In this document: piece by piece, positions 21,901-34,830 of the stretch
Numbering within the stretch: the stretch's first letter is position 1
Layout: every line of letters starts with the position of its first letter
Source: Macrostomum lignano
Lineage: Eukaryota
DNA: 64,000 bases
Reading direction: 5' to 3'
NCBI GenBank assembly: GCA_002269645.1
Contig: NIVC01000112.1
Span: 268,520-332,519, forward strand
Made by a program: the position numbers and the translations under genes
Notes under the pieces: generated by a model
The model's input: the letters and a program-made list of their open reading frames with translations, nothing else
Databases searched by the model: none
What the model was told of the DNA's origin: nothing

Positions 21901-24900
21901 CTTCACTCCCTTCACTCCCTTCACTCCCTTCAATCCCTTCACTCCCTTCATTCCCTTCACTCCCTTCAATCCCTTCACTCCCTTCACTCCCTTCACTCCC
22001 TTCACTCCCTTCACTCCCTTCACTCCCTTCACTCCCTTCACTCCCTTCACTCCCTTCACTCCCTTCACTCCCTTCAATCCATTCACTCCCTTCACTCCCT
22101 TCACTCCCTTCACTCCCTTCACTCCCTTCACTCCCTTCACTCCCTTCACTCCCTTCACTCCCTTCACTCCCTTCACTCCCTTCAATCCATTCACTCCCTT
22201 CACTCCCTTCACTCCCTTCACTCCCTTCACTCCCTTCACTCCCTTCATTCCCTCATTCCCTGACTCCCTTAAATCAATATTCTTACTCGTTTCATTCTCT
22301 CTTTCTGTTTCTTCAGTCCATCAATTTTACTTTTTACACATTTTCTTAGAAAAAATCCGGTCTTCAAAATCATATTGTGTTGTTAGGAGGTTGAGCCTGA
22401 GCTCAAGAAATCGATATTTCAACATGACAGTACTGGCAGAAATCTTTGTGCTTACTTTGACAACAAGCCACTCCAATCGTTAACCAGAAGTTTCCTCTCT
22501 CTTTCTCAAAACTTGTTTTCAGAACGACGGCCTCACGCCGCTGCACATCAGCGCTCACGAGGGCGACGAGACGGCCATCAAATTCTTCCACACCTGCAAA
22601 GCAGACGCCTCCCTGCTGGACAAGGTGACTCATTCACTGATTAGTGTTCTGTTGCTATGACAACTATAAATAGTAGACAGCAGACCTCTTCAGCTGTAGT
22701 TGATAACAATGAATTGTGAAGTGCAGCCACTAAAATTGTGATGAGCTCTGGCCTCGTTTGAGTAGCAGGAATTACTTTTATGTAGGTTTGTTAATCTATT
22801 AGTCATAAAGGTTTATAATAATTATAATGCTCTGGCTAATGAAATTAGGCATTTTGTTATATGTGAATGAAGCAGAAATTTTACCAGATGACACGCTAGG
22901 CAGATCTAAATGGCTCCGTCTGGTCTCTGAGCTAATTGGATCACTACAGATATATCGCTTCGAATTGGGAGTTGCAGTGGAACAGCTCCTATAGCACTCT
23001 CTGATCTGGGAAACCGTATCGTTTTTATTAAGTTAATGACAATTAAGGAGGCCACTGGAGGTCATCAGTAAACGTGTCTGGCTCTCACGCCACAAGCCCA
23101 TATGTGCTCGGGATCGAGTCATCGGAGTGGGCCGAATGGTCTCAGCAGTGTCAAAGGCGTTGCACCAAGGTGCCCAACAGCCCTATAACAAATATTATTT
23201 ATTATGTAAGCCAGTCCTGGCACTACTTGCACCCTTTGTACTATTTGTTTACAGCAAGGTGCAGAATTGAAGCTTTGACACGAGTAGTTATTGCAAAAAG
23301 TCGATACAGCTGTGTAGGAAGTTTTCCTCTGATTGGTAGCTCACGAACCCATGGAACCCATGCAACTGTTGAATCTGATCTTGGCAGTTCGACCGCAGCC
23401 CGCTGCACATGGCTGCAGAGCGGGGCCAGACCAGAGTCGTCGAGCTGCTGATCGACAAGTTCAAGTGCAACGTACTCGCCAGGACAAAGGACGGCAGCAC
23501 TCTGATGCACGTGACCTCGCAGTTCGGCTACCCGGACACCACTCTGGCCTTCCTCCGCCGCGGCGTCCCGCTGCACATGCCGAACAAGGGCGGCGGCGTC
23601 TGCCTTCACGCCGCGGCCAAGAGCGGTCACGCCAGCGTGGTGCGAGGCCTGCTGGACAAGGGCGCCAACGTGAATGCGCGCACCAAGGACAAACTCACTG
23701 CGCTGCACGCGGCCGTGGCCTGTGGACATCCGCACGTTGTCGAAACTCTTCTTGGCTTCGGCGCCAGCGTCGACTTCAAAGGCGGCGAAGACGAGGACAC
23801 GCCGCTGCACCTTGCCGCCAGGACGCGCGGCGGCGAGCGGTGCGCAGAGATGCTGCTCAAGAGCGGGGCGGACGTGAACAGAACCAACCGGCTGGGTCAG
23901 ACGCCGTTGCACACCGCGGCCAAGGGCGGCAACTTGAACATGCTGCGAGCCCTGCTGGACGAAGGCGGCGACCCGACTCGGGTGTGCCAGCAGGGCAACA
24001 GCCCGCTGCACATGGCGGCCAGGCACTGCCGCCAAGCTGTCGCCGCGGCCATCATCGAGCACGTGACTCAGACCAAGTCGCGCCACGACGCCGTCAATTT
24101 GGTCAACCTCGGCAACAAGGAGGGCGAGACGGCGTTGCACTACGCGGCCGAGCTCACCAAGGAGAAGGCCAGGACCGACTTTGAGGACACGGATCTGGTC
24201 AAGCTGCTGCTGCGGTACGAGGGCGACGTCAGTGTGCAGACGAAATACGTGAGTGCCACTCCCGAATCGCTGCTTGGCAGGAAGTTCTCAGGTTATTTAC
24301 AACTAAAATCACATACCTGCCGGCTGCCTATCACCTGATTAGTTACCTACCTACCTACCTGTCTACCTGTCTACCTGTCTACCTACCTACTTGTCTACCT
24401 ACCCACCTGTTTACTTACCTGTCTACCTACCTACCTGTCTACCTACCTACCTACCTGTCTACCTACCTGCTTACCTATCTACCTAACTAACCTGTCTACC
24501 TACCTGTCTACCTACCTGTCTACCTACCTATCTACGTACCTACCTGGCTACCTACCTGTCTACCTATCTGTCTACCTACCTGTCTACCTACCTGTCTACC
24601 TACCTACCTACCTTACCTTTTGTCTGAGGTTGATTAACAAGCTTATCAAACAGTTTAGCTCTGCTTTCTATCTCCCTAATTAATGCTTTTTGTAACGAAA
24701 AGACAGTCTCTTTAGTAAAATTGCAAAAGGATTTGTGTTGAAACGCTAATTAAAAATCCAGACGAACGAGACCCCGCTGCACTACTGCGCCCGGTCTGGC
24801 AACGAGGACATCCTGCTGGAGATCGTTAAATTCCTCGATCACAAAATTCAACTGGTGGTCAACAAGCAGACAACGGTGAGTTTAAATGTTCTTGGAACAG

Positions 24901-27900
24901 CTGGAACAATGCGATTATTGGAGAAAAGTCTGGACAATGGCCTAATTGGCTCTTTCAGAACGGCTGGTCGCCACTTTTAATCGCAAGCGACTGCGGCCGA
25001 GACGGAATTGTCGACATACTGCTGAGAAAGCACGCCAGAGTTGACGTGTTTGACACGGTGAGTAAGCGATGAAGCTGGACACTCTGGGTGAGCGTGTGTA
25101 CGATTGTGTGCCTGCTTACAGTTTTGGAGCTTTTGGAGCCAAAAGCATTGGGTCAGGGGTCGCAGAACCTTCTCGCCAATATTTTATGTTCCTTTAAAAA
25201 TTACAGTTTATTCATCTATATAAGCTTACCTCTGAGGTGTTGGATGAGGGTACATATCGAAATTGGGAGCTTTACCACTCTCAAGCCCCCTTATTTTGGT
25301 CAGCAACTTCTCGTTTTATTACGCGTTAGTTTCTATGCGTACTTTTATTTTCCATCTCCGCACCTTCTATACGATTTAGGACCACGTGATACGCCAATAC
25401 AAGGCGGACTTGAGCCCATTCAAGCATGAAAACATTTCCCACGTATGGCTAGTCATTTCCGGTGCCAGTATCCCGATCTGAACTCTTCCAGAAAGGTTTC
25501 GCTGCGCTTCACCTTGCCGCAAAGAACAACCACGCCAACGTTGTGCGCGCCCTGCTACGCATGAACGCATTCGTCAACGCCAAGAGCAAAGAGTGCTACA
25601 CACCGCTGCACCTGGCCGCGCAGGAGGGCCACAACGAGGTGGTGCTGATCCTGCTCAAGCAGGACGGGTCGGAAGTCGACGCCAGGACTCTGGTAGGAGT
25701 TCCCTCAGAAGTTTCCTTTGTCGCTACGGCTTGAGTTCCGTTATTTTCAAATCAATATTATTAGTCATGAAAAGACTAGGCCAAAAGTTTTTTGCTTCCA
25801 TAGCAACAATGTCACCCGCTTTCCAAGAACATCAGAAGTGGAAGTTCGCATCTAGGAATTAAGGACCGTTTTTGCAGACGGAGTCCATTCATCAATATCC
25901 TAAACATGATTCCAGCACTCGAAGACTCCGCTTCATCTGGCGGCCCAGCGAGGCCACAAGGAGGTCTGCGAGACCCTCGTTGATCACAGCGCCGACTGCA
26001 AAGCTACCGACAATGTGAGTTTCCTTAGAAATGATACTTCGGCACATTAAAAGCAGCAAGATCAAAGTCAAAGTTGACTTATCACCGATTTCAGAACGGT
26101 CAAACTCCGCTCCATCTCGCGGCAGAGCACGACAGGTCGCATGTTGTGAAAATGTTCCTGCGCAAGAAGGACCTTGTGACCCTGGCCAGCGCTGTGAGTA
26201 CAGCTCCAAAATAGAAACTCCGAATTTAGAGATTTGAAATTAACAAATTGAAAATGGTATTTGCATTCTAACAATCATTAAAACCATCCGATGCCCGAAC
26301 ACTTTCAGGATGACGTACGTTACCAAAGCAGTGCTCTATATTAATCTCTTTGAAAAATTATAGAACTCTGAGCATGGATTCTAATCAATATGCCTTATAC
26401 TCGTACACTGTACTGTTACTACATGCGAAACTTTTTGGTTCAATTGATTTCTTTTCTATTCGGCCACTTTAGGGACGTAAAATAGGTCATTTGTTTTGAT
26501 TAGCACCTAGATTTAAGTCGAGGCTGGAAGGCACAATGCACTAGAATCTTAAGCGTTCGCACGAGCCGCTCAAGCTCCGCAAGATAATCTATTTCCCCAG
26601 TGACATAACGGTGCTTGAGACTATTTTACTACTGTCGCTCACACCCCCCGGTAACCAAAATCTGCAGAAAGGCATGACCTGCGCTCACATCGCAGCCAGC
26701 AAAGGCAGCATCTCCGTCATCAACGAACTGCTTCGCTCGAATCGCAACCTGCTGTGCACCGGGAAAATCAAAACTAACGGCTGCACCGCTCTTCACCTGG
26801 CCGCTCAGGAGGGTCACGAGCGCGTGGTGAAGCTCCTTGTTGAAGCTGGCGCCTCGCCGTCCGACGAGAACATCGACGGAATGACGCCGTTGCATCTGGC
26901 GGCGCAGAACGGCCACTCGAAGGTGCTGCAGGCGCTCAAGGAGAAGGTCGACCTGCGCATCGCCTCGCGAAAGTCGGGCCTCACTCCGCTGCACATCGCT
27001 GCCCACGCCGGCAAGCAGGACTTTGTGCAGGAGATTCTCAACAAAGTGCCCGCTAATCTGGCCTCCATCAAACCGAAGGACTACAACTTGTTCAAGGAGA
27101 TGGTTTCTGATGTGAGTAATTCTTTCAACAAAGTCAATATAAGATGTCTAGCTTGTGACTTGCATTTGTCAATTCAATTTCCTACCATTTGTACAGTATG
27201 GTTTCACTCCGCTGCACTTGGCAAGTCAAAGCGGACACGAGAGCCTAGTGAGGTACCTGCTCAACAGTACAAGCGTCAAAGTTGACTCGGCAACAATAAA
27301 ACACGTGAGCCGGACATACTGCCGATAGATGTTATTCTTTGTTTTAATTGCCATTCTCTAGCCCTAACTTGTACCTAAACTACAGGGCATGATCCCGCTG
27401 CATCTGGCTGCTCAAAATGGCGAAACAAACGTTGCTAGCCTGTTGCTAAGCCGGGACACGAATCAGATTCGGCTGGCAGACAGTCACGGCCGGACCGCAT
27501 TGCACTGGGCGGCTAATAAAGGTCACTACGACATGACCGCCCTGCTGGTGGGCCAGGGAGCCGACGTGAACGGCAGGGACCACGTGAGTGTGTGCGATGG
27601 CCTTTTATCGTGGTATCTTAAATACTATTCGAAGTATAACCTGGTAAGCTCATTAGTTAGTTGGTAAGCTCAATGGTTAGTTGGTAAGCTCAATGGTTAG
27701 TTGGTAAGCTCAACAGTTCGTTGGTTCCTCGGCTTCCTGGCAGTAATTTATGATTATGATTAGCCTATAATTATGAACAGTTAGTCAGAAGACTAGCTCA
27801 GAAGAAATTTTCCCTTTTTAGTTGTCCTTGGCAACGAACTTCAAGCTGGAACCTCGTGTGCAAAACTAAAATCTGTAGTCAGGTGGTAGGATGAGTAGAA

Positions 27901-30900
27901 CGCGACTCTGGGAACTTAATCTGGGAGCTGGGAGCTTCCACCCGCTGCCAGAGCAAACAGTCTCGAATCGATCCCCCCCTTGCCATCTCCCCCAACCGCA
28001 GAGCAACTGGGCTCCGCTTCATTTTGCCGCGAAAATGGGCCACCTGCGGGTGATGCAGCTGCTTGTGGACTCCAAGGCCAACTGCGAGGCGGAAACCAAG
28101 GACGGAAAACTGCCGGTGGCATATGCCGCGGAGAACAACCACGTTGAGGTGGTCAGCTTCCTGCTGAAAGAGCGGCACAACACCTACGCTTTGATGGAAG
28201 ACTGGAAGGTGCGCGGTACTGCTAAATCAGTTGTCAAACAGGCTGCTGCTACCCCTAAAGAAAGTTTATATAGGACTATGAACGAGCTCAAGAGAAACTA
28301 TCGACCATACTACTAAGCTGTAACATACAGTACCTTCACAATTTCACTGACTTGCATTGACTTCCCACAATGTCACGGAAATCACTCCAACGATGTCACA
28401 GACACAGCTTCGTTTCCAATGTCACAGACAAAGCTTCCTTAATGTCACAGACACAGCTTCCTTAATGTCACAGACACAGCTTCCCCAATGTCACAGACAC
28501 AGCTTCCCCAATGTCACAGACACAGCTTCCTTAATGTCACAGACACAACTTCCCCAATGTCACAGACACAGCTTTGTTTCCAATGTCACAGACATAGCTT
28601 CGTTTCCAATGTCACAGACACAGCTTCGTTTCCAATGTCACAGACACAGCTTCTCCAAAGTCACAGACACAGATTCCCCAATGTCACAGACACAGATTCC
28701 CCAATGTCACGGACACAGCTTCCCCAAAGTCACAGACACAGATTCCCCAATGTCACAGACACAGCTTCCCCAATGTCACAGACACAGCTTCCCCAATGTC
28801 ACAGACACAGCTTGCCCAATGTCACAGACACAGCTTCCCCAATGTCACAGACACAGCTTCCCCAATGTCACAGACACAGATTCCCCAATGTCACAGACAG
28901 ATTTCCCCAATGTCACAGACACAGATTCCCCAATGTCACAGACACAGATTCCCCAATGTCACAGACACAGATTCCCCAATGTCACAGACACAGCTTCCCC
29001 AAAGTCACAGACACAGATTCCCCAATGTCACAGACACAGCTTCCCCAATGTCACAGACACAGCTTCCCCAATGTCACAGACACAGCTTCCCCAATGTCAC
29101 AGACACAGCTTCCCCAATGTCACAGACACAGCTTCCCCAAAGTCACAGACACAGATTCCCCAATGTCACAGACACAGATTCCCCAATGTCACAGACACAG
29201 ATTCCCCAATGTCACAGACACAGCTTCCCCAATGTCACAGACACAGCTTCCCCAATGTGACAGACACAGCTTCCCCAAAGTCACAGACACAGATTCCCCA
29301 ATGTCACAGACAGATTTCCCCAATGTCACAGATACATTTTTGCAATGTCACAGATACATTCTGCAATGTCACAGACAATGTCACTGCCCGACATCCCGCT
29401 CCAGTTTCTGTACAACATCATGCTGTGCAGCAAGATCAGCGGCAACAAAACCCTGGAAGAGTTCATCCTGGTGTCACCGGCCCCAGCCGAGACGGCGGCC
29501 AAACTGTCCAAAAAGTTTGTCATCCTGTCCGAACGCGAGAAGGAACGCGCCAAGGAGCTGGTCCAGATGGGCAAGTACTGCGAGAACATGTGCACGGAGC
29601 TGGTGGCCGTGGCGGCTGCCGAGAGCGGCGGCGACGGAGCCGCCAAGCTGTTGAAGGCCGTGGACAACCGAGGCGTGCAGTTCCTCGACATTCTACTCGA
29701 AACGGAGCAGAAGGAGGTGATCGCGCACCCGGCTGTTCAGCGCTACCTCACGGACGTCTGGAGAGGCAACCTGGACTGGCCAACGTGGAAGTTCCTGCTA
29801 CTCTTCACCGTGTTCCTGGCCATCCCGCCCGTGATGATGGCATTCAGCCTGCCGCTGTCCTGCAATCGGTACCACCGCAAGCCGGTCATCAAGTTCATCG
29901 CCTACCTGATCGCCCACGTGCACCTCATCTTTCTGTTCGTGTTCGTCGCCGTGGAGCCGGAATGGCTCGGGCCGCCGTACTACACCAGGCGGGACCTGAT
30001 GCCCACCTGGTTGGAGTGCCTCCTGCTGCTGTGGCTCAGCGGCCAGCTGGTGTCTGAGCTGACGAATCCGGCTGACAGGTGAGCTGGGGGGCTGATTCGG
30101 GGTTAAGACTTCTGAAATCTTTTAAGATACATTTGGGGACTCTGATAAGTTTTTAGAGACCCTCGTCTAGAGACATCTTTAAAGTGCATCTAGAGAAGAT
30201 TCAAGTAATCTAGCGACCCTCTAGAACATTTTGAGACATTTCGAGAAACGTTTTTGGATATCCAGAGACCACGTTGGAAAGCCAAAGATTATAATTATCT
30301 TGGACATCTAGAGACCACCCCGGAAATCTAGAAACCACCCTGGACAGCTAGAGACCACTTTGGGCATCTAGAGACCACCCTGGACATCTAGAGACCACCC
30401 TGGACAGATAGAGCCGTATTGGATATCTAGAGACAAAATTGGATATCTAGACATCATATTTAACACCAATAAGCCATATCGAAAAATTAGAGGCTTTAAA
30501 ACATCTATCCGGTCGTCTATAGCCGGAGACAACGCTCTGGAGACATTAACAAAGCAAAAATTACGGCAAATAACTCAGCGCCTCAACACCTGGATGTTGC
30601 AGATCGGGCCTCGGCATATTCAAGGTGATTGTGATTGCCGTGGCAGCGGTAGGCGTCATCACCCACCTGGCCGCCTTCGCCCTGCCCTCGGACACCAACG
30701 CCAGGCTGGACGCGCTGTTCGCCCGCAACCAGCTGTTCGCCTTCGCCACCCTGCTCTGCTTTGTGATGTTTCTGGAGTTCCTCACCTTCCACCACCTGTT
30801 CGGGCCCTGGTCCATCATCATCCGGGATCTGATGCGCGACCTGATGCGTTTCCTGGTGATTCTGGCCATCTTCATGGCCGGCTTCACCGTCCACCTGCGC

Positions 30901-33607
30901 TCTCTCTACGTGCCCGTGTACCGGCCGGACACGTACGACACTCCCGTGGCCATGGGCAAGAGCCTGCTCACCGCGTTCGAGCTGCTCTTCTTCGCTTTAT
31001 TCGGCTACATCGAGCCGGACAACCTGCCGAATATGACCCAGTCCCCGACCTGGACTATGACTCTCGTCAAGGTGATTTTCGGCTGCTACCTGATCATAAC
31101 GCTCATCGTGCTCATTAACCTGCTCATCGCTATGATGAGCGACACTTACGAGAGGATCCGAGCCGAGTCCGACACGGAGTGGAAGTTCGGCCGGGCCAAG
31201 CTGATCAGCAACATAAACAAGACCAGCTCCACGCCGACCCCGATGATTCTGGTCACTCAGCTGATCTTCGTGCTGAGAAATTTCCGCCGGAAGCACCGGG
31301 TGCAGAGTCAGTCCGGTAAGTGAGCCGCTCGCGACACTTTTAGTTGAGTCAATCTCCTAAGGAAAACGATTTTTAAAGCAAAAATCACCAGCCCTGAAAG
31401 CCGGCTTATCTAGCCTAAGATGTCAGCATCCCCTAATGAGCTTTGACTCAAGGCATCTGAGCAACCCCCATGGGTCACAGAATTTCAGCAATACCCCCAT
31501 GAGCCTGGACATCTCAAATATTCCCCCATAAGCCTAGACATCTTAGCGATTTCTTCATGAGCCTTGACATCTCAGCGATTCCCCCATGAGCCTTGACATC
31601 TCAGCGATTTCTCCATGAGCCTTGACATCTCAGCAACTCCCCCAGCAAGCCTGGACATTTCAGCAACTCCCCCAGTAAGCCTTGACATTTCAGCAATTCC
31701 CCATTGACATCTCAGCGATTCCCCAGTAAGCCTCGACATCTCAGCAATTCCCCCAGTAAGCCTTGACATTTCAGCAATTCCCCATTGACATCTCAGCGAT
31801 TTGACAGGGTGATTCTTATATAATTGAACCCTTAACCGACTGTTGCCACCCTAAACGCCCGACAGGTCTGGAGGAGGACGATGTGGACACAAGCCGAGGC
31901 GACGTGATGCATTCGCGGGGCGCCGTGAACAGAAACGCGCAATCGTCAGGTGAGTGATTGGAATAACAGGAACAAAATCGCACTTACTCCATCTAAATCT
32001 ACTTGGGTCAATGACTCGCATTTGCTTCTTCAGATCATTTCAAATTCTAGTTAAATTTCCAAAGAATTCAACCGCTTTTTGTTTTAATGCCTGTTCAGCA
32101 TTGAGGGCGAATCATTGATTCTTATTTTTTGTCAGTTTGTGTTAGAGGCAGGGGCTGTGTGCACCCACCCTGGCGCACTTTAAGCGAAATTGTCACACAA
32201 CCGGCGATAGGCACACAGTCACCTTTATTTATTGTTAGGCATGTACACTTCACTGTGCCTTGGGGGGTTGGCTGGACGTTAATTGCACGAACAGAGTCAA
32301 GCCGAGATTCCAATTCAGCCTTCAAATTAATGTGACTGCACTTGGAATCGAGCCTGGGCCGCTGGCACACCAGAGCAGCTGCGCTACCGCTGGGCTACAG
32401 CCCTCCTATATTCTTACCTTATTTCCTTTTAAACTTAGAAGCTCACCAAAAACAGGTGTTGAGCACCTTTTGATTGTTAAATATAAATTGTTTACTTCTA
32501 AAACATCGTTTTGTTTATCTTTTGGAATCTGCAGTCAGGTCAGGCCGTTTAACAATCCACATCACAGGTACTGGCTGAGTAATTATTAGATGCTTGAGAA
32601 CTGTTCATGGCACAAAAAAGTACATCTATGAAGCACTTATAGAAGTAAATTTGTGTTGATTGCACACAGAAGCTGTCCCAGTGTTGATCAGAAATTGTCA
32701 CAGAATGGGGTTTACACACCTTTTTACTCAGCACAAAATGCACCGTTTTTTGTCAAAAGCGCCGCTCAGAACTGGCCTGAGCAGAGCACCCTGACACTCA
32801 CAGTTATTGCTAAATAACAATAATGCTTCATCAGATTCAGTCCGAGACGAACCTGAAGAGGCTGAGAACGCCCAGTCCACCACGGCTTCGAATCGAGCCG
32901 GTTTGTTTGCACTTTTATCTTTGCCAAAGCATTTTGGTTTCTACAAGGGTTGGCGGCTCTGCTGTACCAGAGATATCGGCCGCTTCTGCTTGACAAGCCG
33001 GGGGCACGCAGTGTTGTCGCCATTTAATTTTTGTATTGCTGCTTCTGTAATGACGCCACTATACCTGACTAACTCTCGCTTGCACAACTCAAATGCTTGG
33101 ACGTGAGATGTTATGAATTTGGGTGCTAAAAATACTGAAAAACCGCTGTCACGAGGACGAAGTCAAAGTTTTGTTTATTTTTTATGTTCTGATTCAGCCA
33201 GCAGCATGGTGTACAGCAAGAGCGGATGTCGTACATGCTTTAGCAATAACTGTCCTCAAAGAATGCTGCTTCTTGGTGTCGTTAGTAAAGTCGCTCGATG
33301 TTGTCACAAGAGCTGCAGTTCCCGCCTCGATGTCAATTATTGAACAATGAAAATGTTCGCACCTGCAGGTCAAGAGAACGCGACCGAGCACCGTGGCGGG
33401 CCCGCGAAAATCGAGGACGTTGTCGACTGGGAGAGTGTCATCAAGAAGTTTTCCAGCATCCATGGCGGCGACTCCGCCGCGGCCGCCGCTGCCAGCGAAG
33501 CCCTGGAGCTGACGCCGGAGCCGAAGGCCAGGCAGAGACGCCGTGGCTCGGTGCTGGCAGACGGTGACCGGGAATCGCGGCGGGGGTCGCGGATCTTCGA
33601 GGACTGA
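18955..33607 (+). CDS. nompC: NompC/TRPN1 mechanosensitive TRP channel, about 1820 aa, 21 exons
   Basis: Exons 18955-19593, 19799-19900, 20679-20777, 20885-20995, 21320-21523, 22523-22624, 23388-24248, 24762-24875, 24959-25057, 25492-25692, 25916-26014, 26095-26193, 26668-27111, 27197-27304, 27386-27583, 28002-28208, 29405-30078, 30603-31315, 31866-31949, 32835-32900, 33369-33607. All are GT-AG and frame-consistent (5463 nt). 29 ankyrin repeats plus a cap; HHLFGPWSIIIRDLMRDLMRF, LFFALFG pore, LINLLIAMMSDTYERI..EWKFGRAKLI TRP box, IEDVVDW C-terminus. The two small exons before the last are less certain. Confidence 0.93.
21009..21270. repeat. 15-bp minisatellite (ggggatggagtgacg) in TRPN1 intron 4
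   Basis: Read directly. Confidence 0.92.
21538..22258. repeat. 9-bp minisatellite (cccttcact) in TRPN1 intron 5
   Basis: Read directly; source of the PSL/FTP/GVK pseudo-ORFs. Confidence 0.95.
24344..24616. repeat. (ACCT)/(TACCTGTC) simple repeat in TRPN1 intron 7
   Basis: Read directly. Confidence 0.9.
28360..29385. repeat. 23-bp minisatellite (tgtcacagacacagcttccccaa) in TRPN1 intron 16
   Basis: Read directly; source of the MSQTQ pseudo-ORFs. Confidence 0.95.
30300..30445. repeat. 20-bp degenerate repeat (gacatctagagaccaccctg) in TRPN1 intron 17
   Basis: Read directly; about 6-7 degenerate units. Confidence 0.8.
31480..31800. repeat. About 29-bp degenerate repeat (agccttgacatctcagcgattccccc..) in TRPN1 intron 18
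   Basis: Read directly. Confidence 0.8.
32130..32402 (-). mobile_element. tRNA-derived SINE in TRPN1 intron 19
   Basis: Minus-strand head ggctgTAGCCCAGCGGTAGcgcag...GGCTCGATTCCaagtgcag has A-box and B-box but does not complete a cloverleaf. The 3' boundary is approximate. Confidence 0.65.
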
Positions 33608-34830
33608 TCGAGTAATTCGAATATTGATGAATTCTCTGTGCGCGCGCGAAACCAACGAATCGATTTTTAATTCACGCAACTATTACTGAAATGTCCTTCA
33701 AATCAAAATTATCTTTAAAGGTTTATCGAGGACTGTCTTTGTAAATTTTTATTTCAATAACACGATTTTGAAAATCTGTCGCTATGCTTGCAGAAGCAAA
33801 TAAAAGCTCCTGTCTTGACGCGTAAAACAGGCCTTCAAAATTTCATTTCTAAGAAACGAAATGTGCCGTACACCCCATTAAAACAAATCGGCCTTCAAAT
33901 ATTCTATCCATGTGATTGCTATTTGCTGCAAGAGAAAAGGAGCTCTCTTCGATGAAATTTAATGCTAATCTTATAATTTTATATGAGAAACACAAAAGTG
34001 CACAGTATCCAGTGTTTTTATTGCATCTTTCCTTTCTTCTCTGGCTTAGAATTTGCTAACATGGCAATATCGTACTGACTAAAACTGACCCCGGCGCACT
34101 GAATACATTTATACAGTAATATAATTACCTTGTACATACAATGCTTATTTTTCTAATTAAAATCTTTTTACATAGACTTGAATTTAACCCGTGATTTCAA
34201 CCAGTCAATAAACAAAACCTTGTTCTCTTAACTAAGTACAATTTCTATACTTACTATTGACAGTAAAATTGTAGTGTTGTTTTACGACAAGGATTATTTT
34301 CCTTACTTTAAATTTATACGTTTATTTGCATTAGAAAAATAGTCTTATTAAAACAAAAAAATATATATATAGACCACTCGATTTTCTAAATTAAAATGAG
34401 CGAAGTCTGCAGCGCTAAAATTATTGATAAGCGCAACTGAGGAAGCTCTTTGGCAGATTTTGTAACAGAGTTAACAAGATGCAGAAAGTCTTTCTATACA
34501 TAGCTGATCTATAAATCTAAAAAGCATTTTCCCATTACTGCGCAGCGAGTGTACTTTCTACACTACTCTACAGAGAATGCTAAGTAGCAAGCGGGGGTTT
34601 TGGCTATAGAAACATGTTTTAGAAGCTCTACAAAAAATTCTACAAACTGTAATCATTTTCTTAGAAACGGCTGGTTTAACTGCACTGCAGTTTTTTAGTG
34701 TGGCTACTCAGGTCTGTTTGTACAGATTTTACTGAAGGAATGCTAATAATATTGGGTACATTTACGCTCGTATGTAAAAAGACGAAAAAAGAGAAATAAT
34801 CCATTTCCGTTGTCGTTGCAACTGATTTTG

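Noticed and set aside
21284-22483. Long PSL/FTP/GVK/HSL ORFs (up to 399 aa)
   Set aside because: Apart from the real exon 21320-21523, they are translations of a 9-bp intronic repeat that is open in most frames.
23241-24140. 299-aa antisense ORF (and similar ORFs opposite the GPCR, RPL7 and Bel genes)
   Set aside because: Shadow frames of GC-rich coding exons; no independent motifs.
28357-29654. MSQTQLPQCHRH repeat proteins
   Set aside because: 23-bp minisatellite in TRPN1 intron 16; the true exon starts at 29405.
32340-32402. tRNA gene (also at 58900-58962)
   Set aside because: A and B boxes are present but there is no acceptor stem; both continue into SINE bodies.
33198-33228. Extra phase 1-1 TRPN1 micro-exon
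   Set aside because: Frame-compatible, but the donor (GTCGTA) is weak and not needed for the model.
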